A DNA stretch of 62,103 bases, filler included, from Pirum gemmata (taxonomy: Eukaryota): NCBI GenBank assembly GCA_002812295.1. It is 17 parts of 17 records of this genome, joined end to end, with 100 filler letters (N's around TTAATTAATTAA, not from the genome) between each part and the next. Parts side by side here need not be neighbours in the genome. Positions count along the whole stretch, not along the records: positions 46,637 to 49,859 come from PDIN01003073.1; positions 49,960 to 53,213 come from PDIN01003074.1; positions 53,314 to 58,768 come from PDIN01003075.1; positions 58,869 to 62,103 come from PDIN01003076.1; 13 more parts are not named here. The stretch is one strand, 5' to 3'. Below are positions 48,957 through 62,103 of the stretch, in pieces (within the stretch, counting starts at the first letter, position 1; every line of letters starts with the position of its first letter). Made by a program: the position numbers and the translations under genes. The notes under the pieces were generated by a model, which ran no database searches, had not been told where the DNA came from, and saw nothing but the letters and a program-made list of their open reading frames with translations.

Positions 48957-50239
48957 TATGACATTTCTTATGATGACAAAACAACTGAAAAGCACTGAAA
49001 ACCTAGGACGTCACCTAATCTTACCTATGCCTCTTTGCCCAAAACACTTTTGGTCATAATTTTAAAGTTCATTTTAATAACTAATTACTGCCTAAAACAG
49101 TTTAAGTCACACTTTCAAGCAATGACTTTTATTAAAGAATAAGTGACGTCCTTTATGAATGTTCCTCAGTACCACAAATATCAATATTATTATAAGGGAT
49201 CATTCATTTTTAAATCATGGCATTTTTATTTATATTTTTTTATAACTGAAAGTAAAAAAGTTAGCTTTGACCCTCTCAGATTAGTATTTAAGAGTATCAA
49301 TTCTAAAACTAGTTTTTATGTCAGGTTTTGAGCTGAACAACACTATTGAAAATTATTTATAATTTTCCCGCACCTTATATCTATAGAGTAGTGGAAGGGG
49401 CAAAAAAAAAATGAAAAAGTAAAAAAAGGCACATGACCGAAACGAAAAAGTCATGAAAAGTCATGCGATGCGATGCTCGGTGTATCTATTAGTGTAGGAG
49501 GGATGACATGGCGTCATAATACTAATACCAACCTAGGGTACGGCAAAAATTGAAAATTTGACTTAAAAATTACTATAAAAAGTTAACCCCTCCTATTAGT
49601 GTTTTTGTGCCAGAAAGCAAAAAACATGCCTTAAAGAAAAAAAAACATGACTTAAAAAGAAAAAAACTAGGCCTTAAAAGAAAAAACTATGCCACAAACA
49701 AAACAAACAATAAATTCTAGTGTTTTTCAGTTGTTTTGTCATCATAAAATATAAAAATAAATAGTACCAAATTAATGCAATATAAATCCATTTAATTTAA
49801 TTAGGTATATTTTATTATCTATTTAATGATTTAAAAATGTCAATTTAAAGATTATAACCNNNNNNNNNNNNNNNNNNNNNNNNNNNNNNNNNNNNNNNNN
49901 NNNTTAATTAATTAANNNNNNNNNNNNNNNNNNNNNNNNNNNNNNNNNNNNNNNNNNNNATGTTTTTTTTTTTTTGTATTTTAAATTATTGCTGTTTTTG
50001 TTGTTGATAATGTTTGTAATGTGAAATGTTGGTTGTAGTTTTGATGATGTTGGTTTGTGAGTGTGTTGTAGTTTTTAAGGAAGGAATTTGACCAGCTTGA
50101 GTGTGTTGTAGTTTTTAAGGAAGGAATTTGACCAGCTAGAGTTGTTGGGATTGTATGTTGTATTGCAGGTATGATATCTTGCTATCAGTAACTAGCTCGA
50201 TTTAAAAAAAAAAAATAAAAATAAAAAAATAAAATAAAA

Positions 50240-50301
<62 letters not shown>

Positions 50302-50668
50302 GACTAGACTATATATAAATAAAGAAAATAGGATTTGAGCTAAACAAAAAATAAATAAGAAAATAATATTTAAAAATTGTTTGTTTATTTTGTTTTTTGT
50401 TAGTTTTGAACGAACCAAACAGAACCAAACAAACTGATTTTTTAAAATACAAAATACAAAAAACAAAAACAAATAAAAGTAAACCTAAAACAACAACTAA
50501 AAACAAAACAAAACAAAACAAAACAAACAAACAAACAAACAAAACAAAAACAATATTTTATATGTTTTATTTCAACATTTAAAAAAAAAAGGCAAGCAAA
50601 TAAATAAAACAAAATTATAAAACCAAAAACACAACCACCGCCTATATATCATAATTATACTCTTCACA

Positions 50669-50753
50669 ATGACTTTAAAAATAGTTACCAACTTAAAAAG
50701 TAAATGGGGAGGGGGGAAAATACACGATAAAATCTACGGACATAAGAATAAAA

Positions 50754-50789
<36 letters not shown>

Positions 50790-52558
50790 GTCAGCAAGAA
50801 CAAAAGAATTTAAATAAATTTGAAAACTTTCTTCCTGCAAACAGTGTTGACCTGTATCACAACAACCAAGATGGAAAAAAATGTAAAACTATTGAAAATG
50901 AAAATAAACAAAGCAATGTAATAGTGGAGGAGGAACCTGTTATCGAAACCATTGAACACGACATAACAAATATCTCTCTCAATAAAAATTTTAAACAGGC
51001 TACAAAAAAGAAAAGTGGACTCAATTCTTTTGAAAGTTTGGTTCCAAGTAATAGTATTGATTTAGTCCATATGCAACACACTGATGTAGTTGACAAAGAA
51101 GAATATAAAAATGACGAGGATAGTGAAGAAGTGCTAGAATGTGTATTTTTGGGAGGAAATAGCATGGAATTATTTGGTGGAGGAAGTAAAAATAAAGATC
51201 AAGTTCCAAAAGCCAAAGTTAAAAACAACGATAAACTTGATATTGTACATGATGAAACTGTTGGTGACGAAGATGGTAAAATAGAGGAAGTTCAAAAACT
51301 TTCTAGTAATGGTTTATCTTGTAATAGTATGGAATTGTATCATTTTAATAAGAAAAGTAAAGAGAATAACAAAACAGAAACTATTTTAGAGTCTGGTCTC
51401 TCCAGTGATAGTATGGAGCTATACCATCAACAACATAAAAAAGATAATGTAGAAGTTGCTGAAGTACAAATGGCTAAATTAAAAATATCTAAAAATGAAG
51501 AAGGAACAAAGTTGAGGAAAATGAACCAAAGTGATTATATTGATCATACTCGTAAAATTGCAAAATATACAACCGGAACTGCCACTTCAATCAATATTGG
51601 TGCTGGTTCTTTGAGTTGCAAATCAACTTCGTCTATGCCCTCAATGGCTCAACTTAAAAGTAAATTTGGTAAAACAAAAAAATCTGAAGATAATAATAAT
51701 AATAATAGCGCAGAAAGCAAATGTAATAATAGTCAATTGACAAATCCTAACCAGAAAACTTTAAAACCTGTAGTATCTATTTTAAAGGAAAAAAGTGTGT
51801 ACGATGCAGATTTTGAACGTGACCCTGATTTTGTGAAACGTCCGATTCAATTCGAGGACATGGCCTTCATTACTTGGGCTCATACCAAAGAAGATTACTT
51901 AAGAAAAGGAAGTATTAGACCCTCAATAGGGTCCCCAGAATTATTGCGACAAGAGATTGACGATTACAAAGAAAACGAAATGACCATTCACCCACAAAGT
52001 GTTCACCGTACTTTGATATATAGAATTAATAGAGATAAACGCAGACACTATGAAACTAAAAGACAAAACTTTTTTAAACGACAAGAGGTTGAAAATGCAA
52101 TGTACCGTAGAAGACTTATGGAATATGTTAAGGACCTTTTTGCTGGTAAAGTTCAAAATCCGGATTTGTATTCTCATTTGATTTCGGTTGAACAATATGG
52201 GGAAGTAGTAAATTTGAATAAGTTTCCCATTGAATATAGTACTGTTTTAGGTCCTGAAGTTTATTTGATGGTTATGCAGAGTAATAGTGTTCTTGGTTAT
52301 AGTGATAGTTGTGATCATTATCATGGGGTTGAGGTTAATAATAATAATAATAATAATAATACAAGTAATAGTTATGACAGTAGTTCTTTTAGTAATAATA
52401 ATAATAATATGATGAGTAATAACAACAATGTTAATAATAATAATAATGATAATATTAATAATTATAATGGTAATTATTTGATAACAAACCAAAAGAAAAA
52501 TGCTGGTTTACATTCTTTAAGTGAAACTGATTTCCTAACTATTAATTGTATTAGTTGA
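50669..52558 (+). CDS. Putative PP1 regulatory protein with a Phactr/Bni4-type PP1-binding domain (629 aa)
   Basis: SILK, KRPIQF (RVxF-like), EDYLR and LRQEIDDYKENEMTIHPQSVHRT resemble the Phactr C-terminal [23 protein letters not shown]. Confidence 0.8.
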
Positions 52559-53035
52559 TAGTATTAGTAATTATAAAAAAAATAATAATAATAATAAAAT
52601 AATGTATAATATATAGTAATATGTAATAATGCCTTGTTTGTTTGTTTTTTAAAAACAATGACCACGCGTTTTAGGGTTTTTTAATAATTAAATTTAATCT
52701 CTAATAATAACTATCGAAAAAGTATGTTTTGTATTATAATATTATTAGTTATTGATTACTGTAACCCTTAACCTTCTAAACCCGTTTACACTAACCACTA
52801 ACCCCTAACCATAGCTTAGTGAAAATAATATGAAGAGAAATAATAATTATAAACATAATAATAATAATAATAATGGCAATAATATAATATAATAATAGTA
52901 ATAATAATAATAATGTATAACATAATATAATAATAATGGTGATTGCTCCCTAAACCCGTTTACCTAACCACTAACCCCTAACCATAGATTAGTGAAAATA
53001 ATATGAAGAGAAATAATATTGTTGTAATTATAATA

Positions 53036-53070
<35 letters not shown>

Positions 53071-54371
53071 GCAATGACATAATATAAATTATAATATAAT
53101 AATAATAATAATACAAGTAATAGTTATGACAGTAGTTCTTTTAAAAATGTTTAAGCCAAAATATTCCTCTGGATTGGTTAACGAATCAGATATAGAAAAA
53201 CAAATCTCGAATANNNNNNNNNNNNNNNNNNNNNNNNNNNNNNNNNNNNNNNNNNNNTTAATTAATTAANNNNNNNNNNNNNNNNNNNNNNNNNNNNNNN
53301 NNNNNNNNNNNNNTTATTGTTATTGTTATTGTTTTTATTATTGTTTTTATTCTTTTATTATTGTTTTCTTTTTCTAGTAATGAAATCGGAATCAGAGTTA
53401 TAACATTGTAGTCAACATTCACGATTTATGTGTTACTGCGATTATTTTATAATTGGTTTGTTATTGAGGGATATTTGTTATTAACATTTAGGAGAGGATG
53501 AATGTTTTTGAAGCCGATTTATTTAAAGAAGGAAGTTTTAGTAAGGCCTTTGCAGGTAAAATGCTTTAAATGCACTTTTGCTTTAAGGTTGGGGTTATAT
53601 TGTTAATGTTAATGTTACTGTTACTGTTACTGTTATTGATATCGTTATTGATATCGTTATTGATATCGTTATTGTTATTGTTATTGTTATTGTTTTTGTT
53701 TTTGTTAGTGTTGGTGTTACTTTAGGGTCAGGGTCAAGATTAGGGTCAGGGTTAAGGTCAGGGTTAGGGTTAGGGTTAGGGTTATATGTTCTTGGTTACT
53801 GTTAATGTTATTGTTATTGTTGTTAGTATTAGTGTTAGTGTTAGTTTTAGCGTTCGTGGTAGTGTCAGTTTCAATGTTAATGTTAATGTTAATGTTAATG
53901 TTAGTGTTGGTGTTAGTGTTAGTGTCAGTCTCAGTGTCAATTTTAATGTTAATGGTAATGTTAGTGTTAATGTTAATGTTAGTGTTAATAATTTTTCAAT
54001 CAATTTTTTTTTGTTTTTTGTTTTGTTTTTTGTTTTCTTTTTAAATTGAAAATAATTAAACATTCGAAAACAGTTTTTTTAGCATCAATTTTTTATTTAT
54101 TTTTTAATGTAAAAATATTATGATTTATTGTATATTAATATTTACATACTTTAATATAAATGTTTTCAGTATTAAAAAATAGATTCGAAAACAATTTTTT
54201 AACATTGATTTTTTTATTTTTTTTTTAATGTAAAAATATTATGATTTATTGTATATTAAAATATATATACATTAAAACAAATGTTTTTGTTATTGAAAAA
54301 TAAAATGGGAATTTAAGTAAGTTAATATATTATTATGTTTATTAGATTTTTTTTATTAGTTATTAAGTATT

Positions 54372-54482
<111 letters not shown>

Positions 54483-55119
54483 NAACCATAACACATAACA
54501 ACCATAACAACCATAACAACCATAACAACCATAACAACCATAACAACCATAACAACCATAACCAGCACCAGCACCAGCACCACCACAACAACAGTCACAA
54601 CACATAAACTACAAACAGAGCACACAACAACAACCACCACCAGCACCACCACCAGAACTAACATAACTACAACCACCAACTCAGCAACCAGCACCAGCAG
54701 CACCAGCAGCACCAGCACCAGCAGCACCAGCACCAGCACCAGCACCAGCACCAGCACCAGCACCATGGCCACCAGCACCAGCACCAGCACCAGCACCAGC
54801 ACCACCATAACTACAACCACCACCACAGCAGCAACCACCACCACCACCGTCAGCAGCACCGTCAATAGCACCGTTAGCAGCACCGTCAGCAGCACCGTCA
54901 GCAGCACGGTCAATAGCATCGTCAGCAGCACCGTCAATAGCACCGTCAGCAGCACCGTCAATAGCACCGTCAGCAGCAGCAGAACTGCCACCACAGCAAC
55001 AGCAGCAGCACTACCACCACAGCAACAGCAACAGCAACAGCAACAGCACAACAACAACAACAACAGCAGCTCCAAAAAAATAGCAATATCAATATGAAAA
55101 GATTGGAGAAATGACTTAC

Positions 55120-55295
55120 CTTAAAAATACAGGGTCTTTTGCAAGTTCATATTTTAAACTAATAGAAGGTTCCTTTTTTATTTTTTTGTAATTTTGATCT
55201 AATTCTTCGCCTTCTTTTAGCATAAACATTTTCACTTTCGTTGGGGACGCAAGCCCAGTCACATCATTGAAAGACACACTAACAGTAGAACCCAT
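55120..55295 (-). CDS. Exon of an unknown gene (MGSTVSVSFNDVTG...KDPVFL)
   Basis: Non-repetitive open frame ending at an AG/GTAAGT donor; not methyltransferase-like and separated from METTL2 by a single-N join. Confidence 0.4.
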
Positions 55296-55479
55296 TTTTG
55301 CTTTTGAAATCGTTTGTGGTAGAGGGGGTGCTTGTAATGATAATAGTAGGCTTTTGTTGTCTTATTTTATTATTCACTAGCTTTTTCAGTTAAATGAAAA
55401 CTTTTATTTTTATTTTCGTTATTACTAATTTTATTATAATAATATCATAATAACTAGCAATAATAATATTGATAGTAGC

Positions 55480-55512
<33 letters not shown>

Positions 55513-55584
55513 NTAATAATAATAATAATTAGTAATAGCAAAAAAGTAACAAAAAAAATAATATTATTTATAAATTATATATAC

Positions 55585-57139
55585 TTTTAATAATGGTATA
55601 ATAGTATTTCCAACTCCACAGCCAATTTCGAAAACGCGGAAAGTTTGTTCACTTTCAATTTTCTAAAATACAAAAAAAGATAAGCAAGGTTTTAATTTCG
55701 GTTTTTGAAAGAAATAATGATTGTAATTTTAAAAATAAATATTAACGTTAGGGTGAGGGTTAGGGTTAGGATTAGGGTTATTATTAGGCGAGAAAAACAA
55801 TAAAATTTGTAATTAAGTATAGTTCTCATCTTCACTTTACATTAAAAATATATTTATCAATCTTTCCAATGCAATTAATTAAACTTACTTCTAATTCTGG
55901 GAACTCAGAAAATAGCCAGTTGCGGTGCTTGAAAAACTTTTTGTCATGTAAACCATAAAACTTATTCCAGTTCTCCCCAGCTTCACTTTCGAACTTTATT
56001 TTATTTTCTTCCGAAACAGGGTTTTGTTTTTGTGTTAAAATCTATAGAAACATTATAGATTATTATAACTGATAGTTAATTCAACGAATTAACAATAACA
56101 ATAACAATAACAAAACAACAACGATGATGTGACGGAAATACATATCAAGGTAGAGAGAGACCTTAGCCTTGACCTTGACCACACCACAACCACAACCACA
56201 ACCACAACCACAACCATAACCATAACCATAACCATAACCATAACAACAACCATAACCACAACCACAACCACAACCGCAACCATAACTATAACCATAATCA
56301 CAACCATATTCACAACCCGAACCACAACCACACCCATAACCATAACCATAACCATAACAATTATTGTAATCATAACCACAATCATAGCCATAGCTTTAAC
56401 TATAACCCAAATAAAAGACATGTACAAAAACACATTGTAAGATTTAAGCATTACACTGACCACAAACTTTGCCATAACCACAACCAAACACACAATCCAA
56501 TATGCAACCATAAATTAACCATAACGACCAACATAGCCATTAAACAATCATAAACATACTGAAAGTAATAATAAATAAAAGAACAGAGAAAGAACATATT
56601 TTTACTTATAGATATATGGCAAATAATGCACAAACCTTTTCTTGAGCTTCCAAAATTTTTTCTTCACTCATTTCAACCTTATCCCAAGCATTCTGAGTTA
56701 AAACCTTACTCGCGTCATCCAATGTCCTGTTACCGAAAGCAACAGTTTTACTATTCGCTTTACCCATTCGTTTTACCTTTATCTCATCTTTCTCTATACC
56801 AGTGTCTACCACGTGATCGCACTCGTTTATAGATATTTTTTTATTAGAATTAGGTTCCATAATGATTTCAGTTGCTTTGCGTTTGTTAACTTCACTTCGC
56901 CCCTTGCTTTTAGAAATATTATTATAGTTAAGGTTATTATTATTACTAAAGTCACTATTATTATTGCTATTATTATCACTATTATCATTATTATTACTAT
57001 ATACCTTATCCTTTTTTTTTTTTTCTATATCTATGTCTGTACTTATATCTTTCACATCAGTGACAGTTAGATCCCCATTGTCATTATTACTAGTATTATT
57101 CTTTAAGTTGTTATTGTCAACTTCAGATTCGAAAAGCAT
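55585..57139 (-). CDS. METTL2: tRNA m3C methyltransferase METTL2/Trm140-like; exons 57139-56636, 56041-55889, 55662-55585; 3' partial
   Basis: FGNRTL..NAWDKVEM, WNKFYGLHDKKFFKHRNWLFSEFPEL and SAM motif I FEIGCGVGNT, joined by phase-0 GT-AG introns. Confidence 0.93.
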
Positions 57140-58731
57140 TTTGGTTAGGGGTTTGAAAACACTAAAGTTGAAACAAGTTAATTTGTTTATATAATCGTAA
57201 CGTATCTATTACAACAATGTATATTAACAAAGAATCTCTTATTTTAAATAAGGAATTACAAACTAAGTTTAGTGTGTGTCTTTTTAGATATGATACCGTA
57301 TATACTCCGTATATGATATTATTTATAGTATTAAAAAAAATTTTGTCTGTTTGCTTTTTGTATTTTCGCACATCATTTCGGAGAGTCATTTCTCCCAGTC
57401 TCCGAATAACTAGCCTAAATAACAAAGGCTGCCAGTTTCCGGGGTCCGTTTGACTTTAGAACTCTAGCTATCGATAGACTAGACTAGCTAGTCTACTGAG
57501 TGGGCTAGTCTAGTAGGGGGTCTACTGCGAGGGGTCTACTGGTTATAAAATAAACTGATTGTATCGATATCATAATAGACCTATATCTCAGGATAATATA
57601 CCGCTATACACTGTAGTCTGTAGTAGACTAGTCTACACTATCATCACCGTGCGTGTGCAGTAGAGTCTGAGACTCTGAGTAGACTTGCCGGAAAACTCGT
57701 GACCGCGCTAGCTAGCGTAACCGCGTGGTGTCTTCCAAAAATTGCGCGAGACCTACTAGAGGTCTAGACTCTAGAGTAGACTAGCTATGTCATACTAGCT
57801 AGCTATGATAGAGACTAGCTAGCTAGACTAGCTAGCTAGCTCAGTCTAGCTAGCTAGCTAGCTGCCGGTGACAGCTTTATTTTATCACTCCGAATGTTTA
57901 TTTGGTTGGTTATAATATTTAAATTGACATTTTTAAATTAATAAAAAATAATAAAATATACCAAATTAAATTAAATGGATTCATATTGTATTAATTTGGT
58001 ACTCTTTATTGTATATTTTATGATGACAAAACAACTGAAAAGCACCTGAAAAGCACAATAGAACCTATCGGATAGCTAATAGCTAGCTAGTAGACCTAGC
58101 TAGTAGCTATGATAGTATCATACTATCTGATACTAGCTAGCTAGCTATCATATCACGATAGTATGATAAGTAATCATAAGTCTATCGGATAGCTACTGTC
58201 ATAGCAGTCTAGCTAGCTAGCTAGAATTATCATTACTATCATTATATCATTATCATTATCATTATCATTATCATTATCATTAGTCTATCATTATCATTAT
58301 CATCATCATCACTCTACCGGCAGCTCTCTACTCTACTCTAGCTAGCTATTGTGCTTTTCATTTATCATTTATTTTATCACTCCGAATGTTTATTTGGTTG
58401 ATTATAATATTTAAATTGACATTTTTAAATGAATAAAAAAATAATAAGATATACCAAATTAAATTAAATGGATTTATATTGTATTATTTTGGTACTCTTT
58501 ATTGTATATCTTATGATGACAAAACAACTGAAAAGCACAATATCGGATAGCTAGCTAGTAGTGAGCTAGTAGTAGCTATGATAGTATGAATCCTATGATA
58601 GCTCCAGTAGCTAGCTATCACGATAGTACAGCACGATAGTATGATAAGTAGACCTATGATAAGTCTAGCTACTATCATAGCAGTCTAGCTAGCTAGCTAG
58701 AATTATCATTATCATTATCATTATCATTATC

Positions 58732-58763
<32 letters not shown>

Positions 58764-58959
58764 ATCATNNNNNNNNNNNNNNNNNNNNNNNNNNNNNNNN
58801 NNNNNNNNNNNNTTAATTAATTAANNNNNNNNNNNNNNNNNNNNNNNNNNNNNNNNNNNNNNNNNNNNTTAAATTATTAATTATTATTATTAAATTATCA
58901 TTTATTATTTAGTTTTTATTAATTAATTAATTGTCATTTTCTGTTTTGTATTATATAGT

Positions 58960-59247
58960 TTTTTCATTATTGCTTATACCAGTTTTTAAACTTATTCGCA
59001 TAACGTACCGAATTATAAATGCATTGCAAAGGCAGGATGAAGGGGTCGATGATGACCGGCCTAAGCAACTCTCGAGCCTTTCATCTTGGGATTTTGTGGT
59101 GGGTAGTAATGGTTACCGTCCTAATTCAACTATGGAAAATTTTATGAACAAAATAGATTTAGTTGAAGAAAAACAGTGGGAAAATATAAGGAGAGTATTA
59201 TCACAAACAACAAGCTACAGTGATATCTATGGTGGTTTAGACGATAG

Positions 59248-59292
<45 letters not shown>

Positions 59293-59515
59293 TGATAATG
59301 ATGATTATGATAATAATAATAATAATAATAGTAATAATAATAATAATAATAATAATAGTAAGAATAATAATAATAAGAAAACTACTATAATTAAACGATC
59401 GGTTAGTTTGAATAGTGGGAGTGAAACTAATTTCACCAAACTTAAAAAAAGAAAATTTAATGTAAGCAATAATTTGAATTTTGGTGCTGATATTATCCCT
59501 GAAGAGGTATATTAA
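58960..59515 (+). CDS. Terminal exon of an unknown membrane/Asn-rich protein
   Basis: Open frame with a hydrophobic start and poly-Asn after a TATAG candidate acceptor; exact 5' boundary uncertain. Confidence 0.5.
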
Positions 59516-60526
59516 TTGGTGTTTGGGTTTTGATGGGATGGGTAGTTTATGTTGTATGTTATATTTTGTTGTATTGTTTGTATTGTTTGTATTGTTTGTA
59601 TTGTTTGTATTGTTTGTATTGTCTGTGTTGTTTGTGTTGTTTGTGTTGTTTGTGTTGTTTGTATTATTTGTATTATTTGTATTATTTGTATTATTTGTAT
59701 TATTTGTATTATTTGTATTATTTGTATTATTTGTATTTGTATTGTTTGTAATGNGTTTGTATTGTTTGTATTGTTTGTATTGTTTGTATTGTTTGCATTG
59801 TTTGTATTATGTGTATTGTTAGTACTGTTTGTACTGTTTGTATTGTTTGTATTGTTTGTATTGTCTGTATTGTTTGCATTGTTTGTATTTTTTGTATTTT
59901 TTGTCTTGTTTGTATTGTTTGTATTGTTTGTATTTTTTGTATTTTTTGTATTGTTTGTATTGTTTGTATTGTGTGTATTGTTTGTATTGTTTGTATTGTT
60001 TGTATTGTTTTGTATTGTTTGTATTGTTTGTATTGTTTGTATTGTTGTTATTGTTTGTATTGCTTGTATTGCTTGTATTGTTGTATGTTTGTATTGTAGT
60101 ATTTTTGTATTGTTGTATTGTTGTATTGTGTTATTGTTGTATTTTTGGATTTTTGTATTGTATTGTGGTATTGTTTTATTATATTTTTTGTATTGTTGTA
60201 TTTTCAATTGTTACATTTTTCTGTATTGTATTATATTTTTGTATAATGATATTTGTGAATGTTGATAGAATAATTGTAAACAATAATAATAATTGTTATA
60301 TGCATTTTTTTTTAAGATCATAGACATCAAGAAAACCAAGAAGAACAAACAAGTAAATAAGTTAAAAATACAACGCCCAAATGATGTTTCTGGTTGTATC
60401 TCAAATATAACTGCAAATGAAAAAACGTTAGGAAAAGAATTGTTTAATTTCTATATTGGTTCTGTAATGTTTTGTATAGTACTTGTATTTTTATTTTTGT
60501 ACTACATTTCTTAATATAAGTATCTG

Positions 60527-60612
60527 CTGGGAGATGCGGGAAAAACCATCGAATCGAGACTAGTTCGAAACTTTCCCAATTTTTCGATTTAGTATTGACT
60601 CACTTTTGATTT
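60527..60612. mobile_element. Dispersed repeat end CTGGGAGATRCGGGAAAAA...GAGACTAGTT
   Basis: Reverse-complement copy at ~26500-26596. Confidence 0.7.
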
Positions 60613-60629
60613 CGTTAAAAAATTCTTGT

Positions 60630-61712
60630 ATTATTCCAATGATCGAAAAATTCAAAGCGAGCTAAATTTGTTTAAAAAAATAGTTAGATAAGATTAATTG
60701 AATAGTAGGTCGATTCGATTATCTTTTTTTAAAAAAAATGATATATTATTCTAATGATCGAAAAATTCAAATCGAGCTAAATTGTGAAAAAAAATAGTTA
60801 GATAACGATTGATTGAATAGTAAGTCGATTCGGTTATCTTTTTTAAGAAAGTAGATATATTGTTCTAATGATCGAAAAATTCAAATCGAGCTAAATTGTG
60901 AAAATAAATAGTTAGATAACGATTGATTGAATAGTAAGTCGAATCGATTATCTTTTTTTAAGAAAGTAGATATATTATTCTAATGATCGAAAAATTCAAA
61001 TCGAGCTAAATTGTGAAAAAAAAAAGTTTGATAACTATTGATTGAATAGTAAGTCGATTCGATTATCTTTTTTAAGAAAATAGATATATTATTCTAATGA
61101 TCGAAATTTTCAAATCGAGCTGAATTGTTAAAAAAATAGCTACATAACGATTGATTAAATAGTAAGTCGAATCTTTTTTTTAAAAGAAAATAGATATATT
61201 ATTCTAATGACTGAAAAATTCAAAGCGAGCTAAATTGTGAAAAAAAAAAAGTTAATGACGATTGATTGAATAGTTAAGTCGATTCGATTATCTTTTTTTT
61301 AAAAAAAATAGATATTTTATTCTAATTTTCGAAAAATTCAAATTAAGCCAAATTTGTTTAAAAAAATAGTTAAATAACAATTGATTGAATATTATTCTAA
61401 TGATCGAAAAATTCAAAGCGAGCTAAATTTTAAAAACATAGTTAGATAATGATTAAATAGTAAGTAGATTCGATTATCTTTTTTTTAATAAAAAAAATAT
61501 TACAGTATAGAATAGTATAGAATAGTAAGTCGATTCGATTATCTTTTTTTAAAAAAAATTGATATTTTATTCTAATGTTCGAAAAATTCAAATCAAGCCA
61601 AAATTGTTTAAAAAAATAGTTAAATAACAATTGATTGAATAGTAAATCAATTCTATTATATATTTGTAAGAATTAATATGATATTCTAATGAACGAAAAA
61701 TTCAAAACGAAA
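60630..61712. repeat. ~115-bp tandem satellite (about 9 diverged units)
   Basis: TTCTAATGATCGAAAAATTCAAA anchor recurs near 60749, 60863, 60978, 61093, 61203, 61320, 61395, 61570 and 61684. Confidence 0.92.
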
Positions 61713-62103
61713 TAATTTTTTTAAATTTCATTTTTCAAGGGGGTTAGTTGTTCTGAAAAAAAACTCAAATTGAATTTGCTAAACTATTACTTGAGAGACA
61801 TTAATAATATATTTTTGATCTTCTTATTTTAATTTTTTTTTTTAACTACCAAGCCGGATAAAAATGGTGACATCCGCCATATGAGCTCAAAAATCCAAAA
61901 ATCTCAAACTGATCCAATTTTAATAAAAGTACTACCAAATTTTGAGAAATATTCTAACTAAGAAAACTCTATTATGGACCAATGGCTATTTTTAAAAAAT
62001 AATTTGGCTAGTTGGTATTAAAAGTTTTTAGAAAAGAAGTCTAAAAAAAAATGATTTCTACAATTTTATCCGGCTTGACTGTTCAAAAAAAAAAAAAAAA
62101 AAA

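Noticed and set aside
52775..53142. Local duplications (~70 bp at ~52777 and ~52950; CDS fragment ~52352-52392 repeated at ~53103-53142)
   Set aside because: Bounded by (AAT)n, so likely mis-assembly through microsatellites; no functional signal.
59481..60323. Cys/Val/Leu-rich ORFs here and at 147-345, 2255-2991, 3606-4333, 20403-20926, 47711-48048 and 53782-55097
   Set aside because: Translations of microsatellites, open in several frames on both strands.
60630..61712. CRISPR-like array
   Set aside because: Whole 115-bp units repeat with no unique spacers, in a eukaryotic context with no cas genes.

Overview
Very AT-rich, microsatellite-dense eukaryotic DNA with spliceosomal GT-AG introns, poly-Asn proteins and TTAGGG-type repeats; probably a unicellular eukaryote, taxon not determinable here. 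The window is not one locus. It is 17 short scaffolds (mostly about 3.2 kb) joined by 16 artificial N44-TTAATTAATTAA-N44 linkers, so gene neighbourhood across linkers is meaningless. Host genes, mostly partial: a PPR-type protein, a HIAQ-type tyrosyl-tRNA synthetase, two related LRR/Cys-rich single-pass receptors, a multicopper oxidase, a MARCKS/AKAP12-like acidic protein, an atypical HLH protein, a secreted PAN-domain protein, a Phactr/Bni4-type PP1-binding protein, METTL2/Trm140 and a possible NDUFA4/B12D peptide. Mobile DNA: two degenerate Ty1/Copia elements with unusual RT motifs, a BED-finger hAT element nested in one of them (8-bp TSD, circularly permuted scaffold), several MITE/foldback families, a ~115-bp satellite and TA-(N1-4)-TA footprint-like tracts. 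The best novelty candidates are the LRR receptor pair sharing an unrecognised Tyr-containing cytoplasmic motif, and the Copia lineage (oligo-A in place of a PBS, hairpin-enclosed PPT, WxDD active site). All family assignments come from recalled motifs, not database searches.
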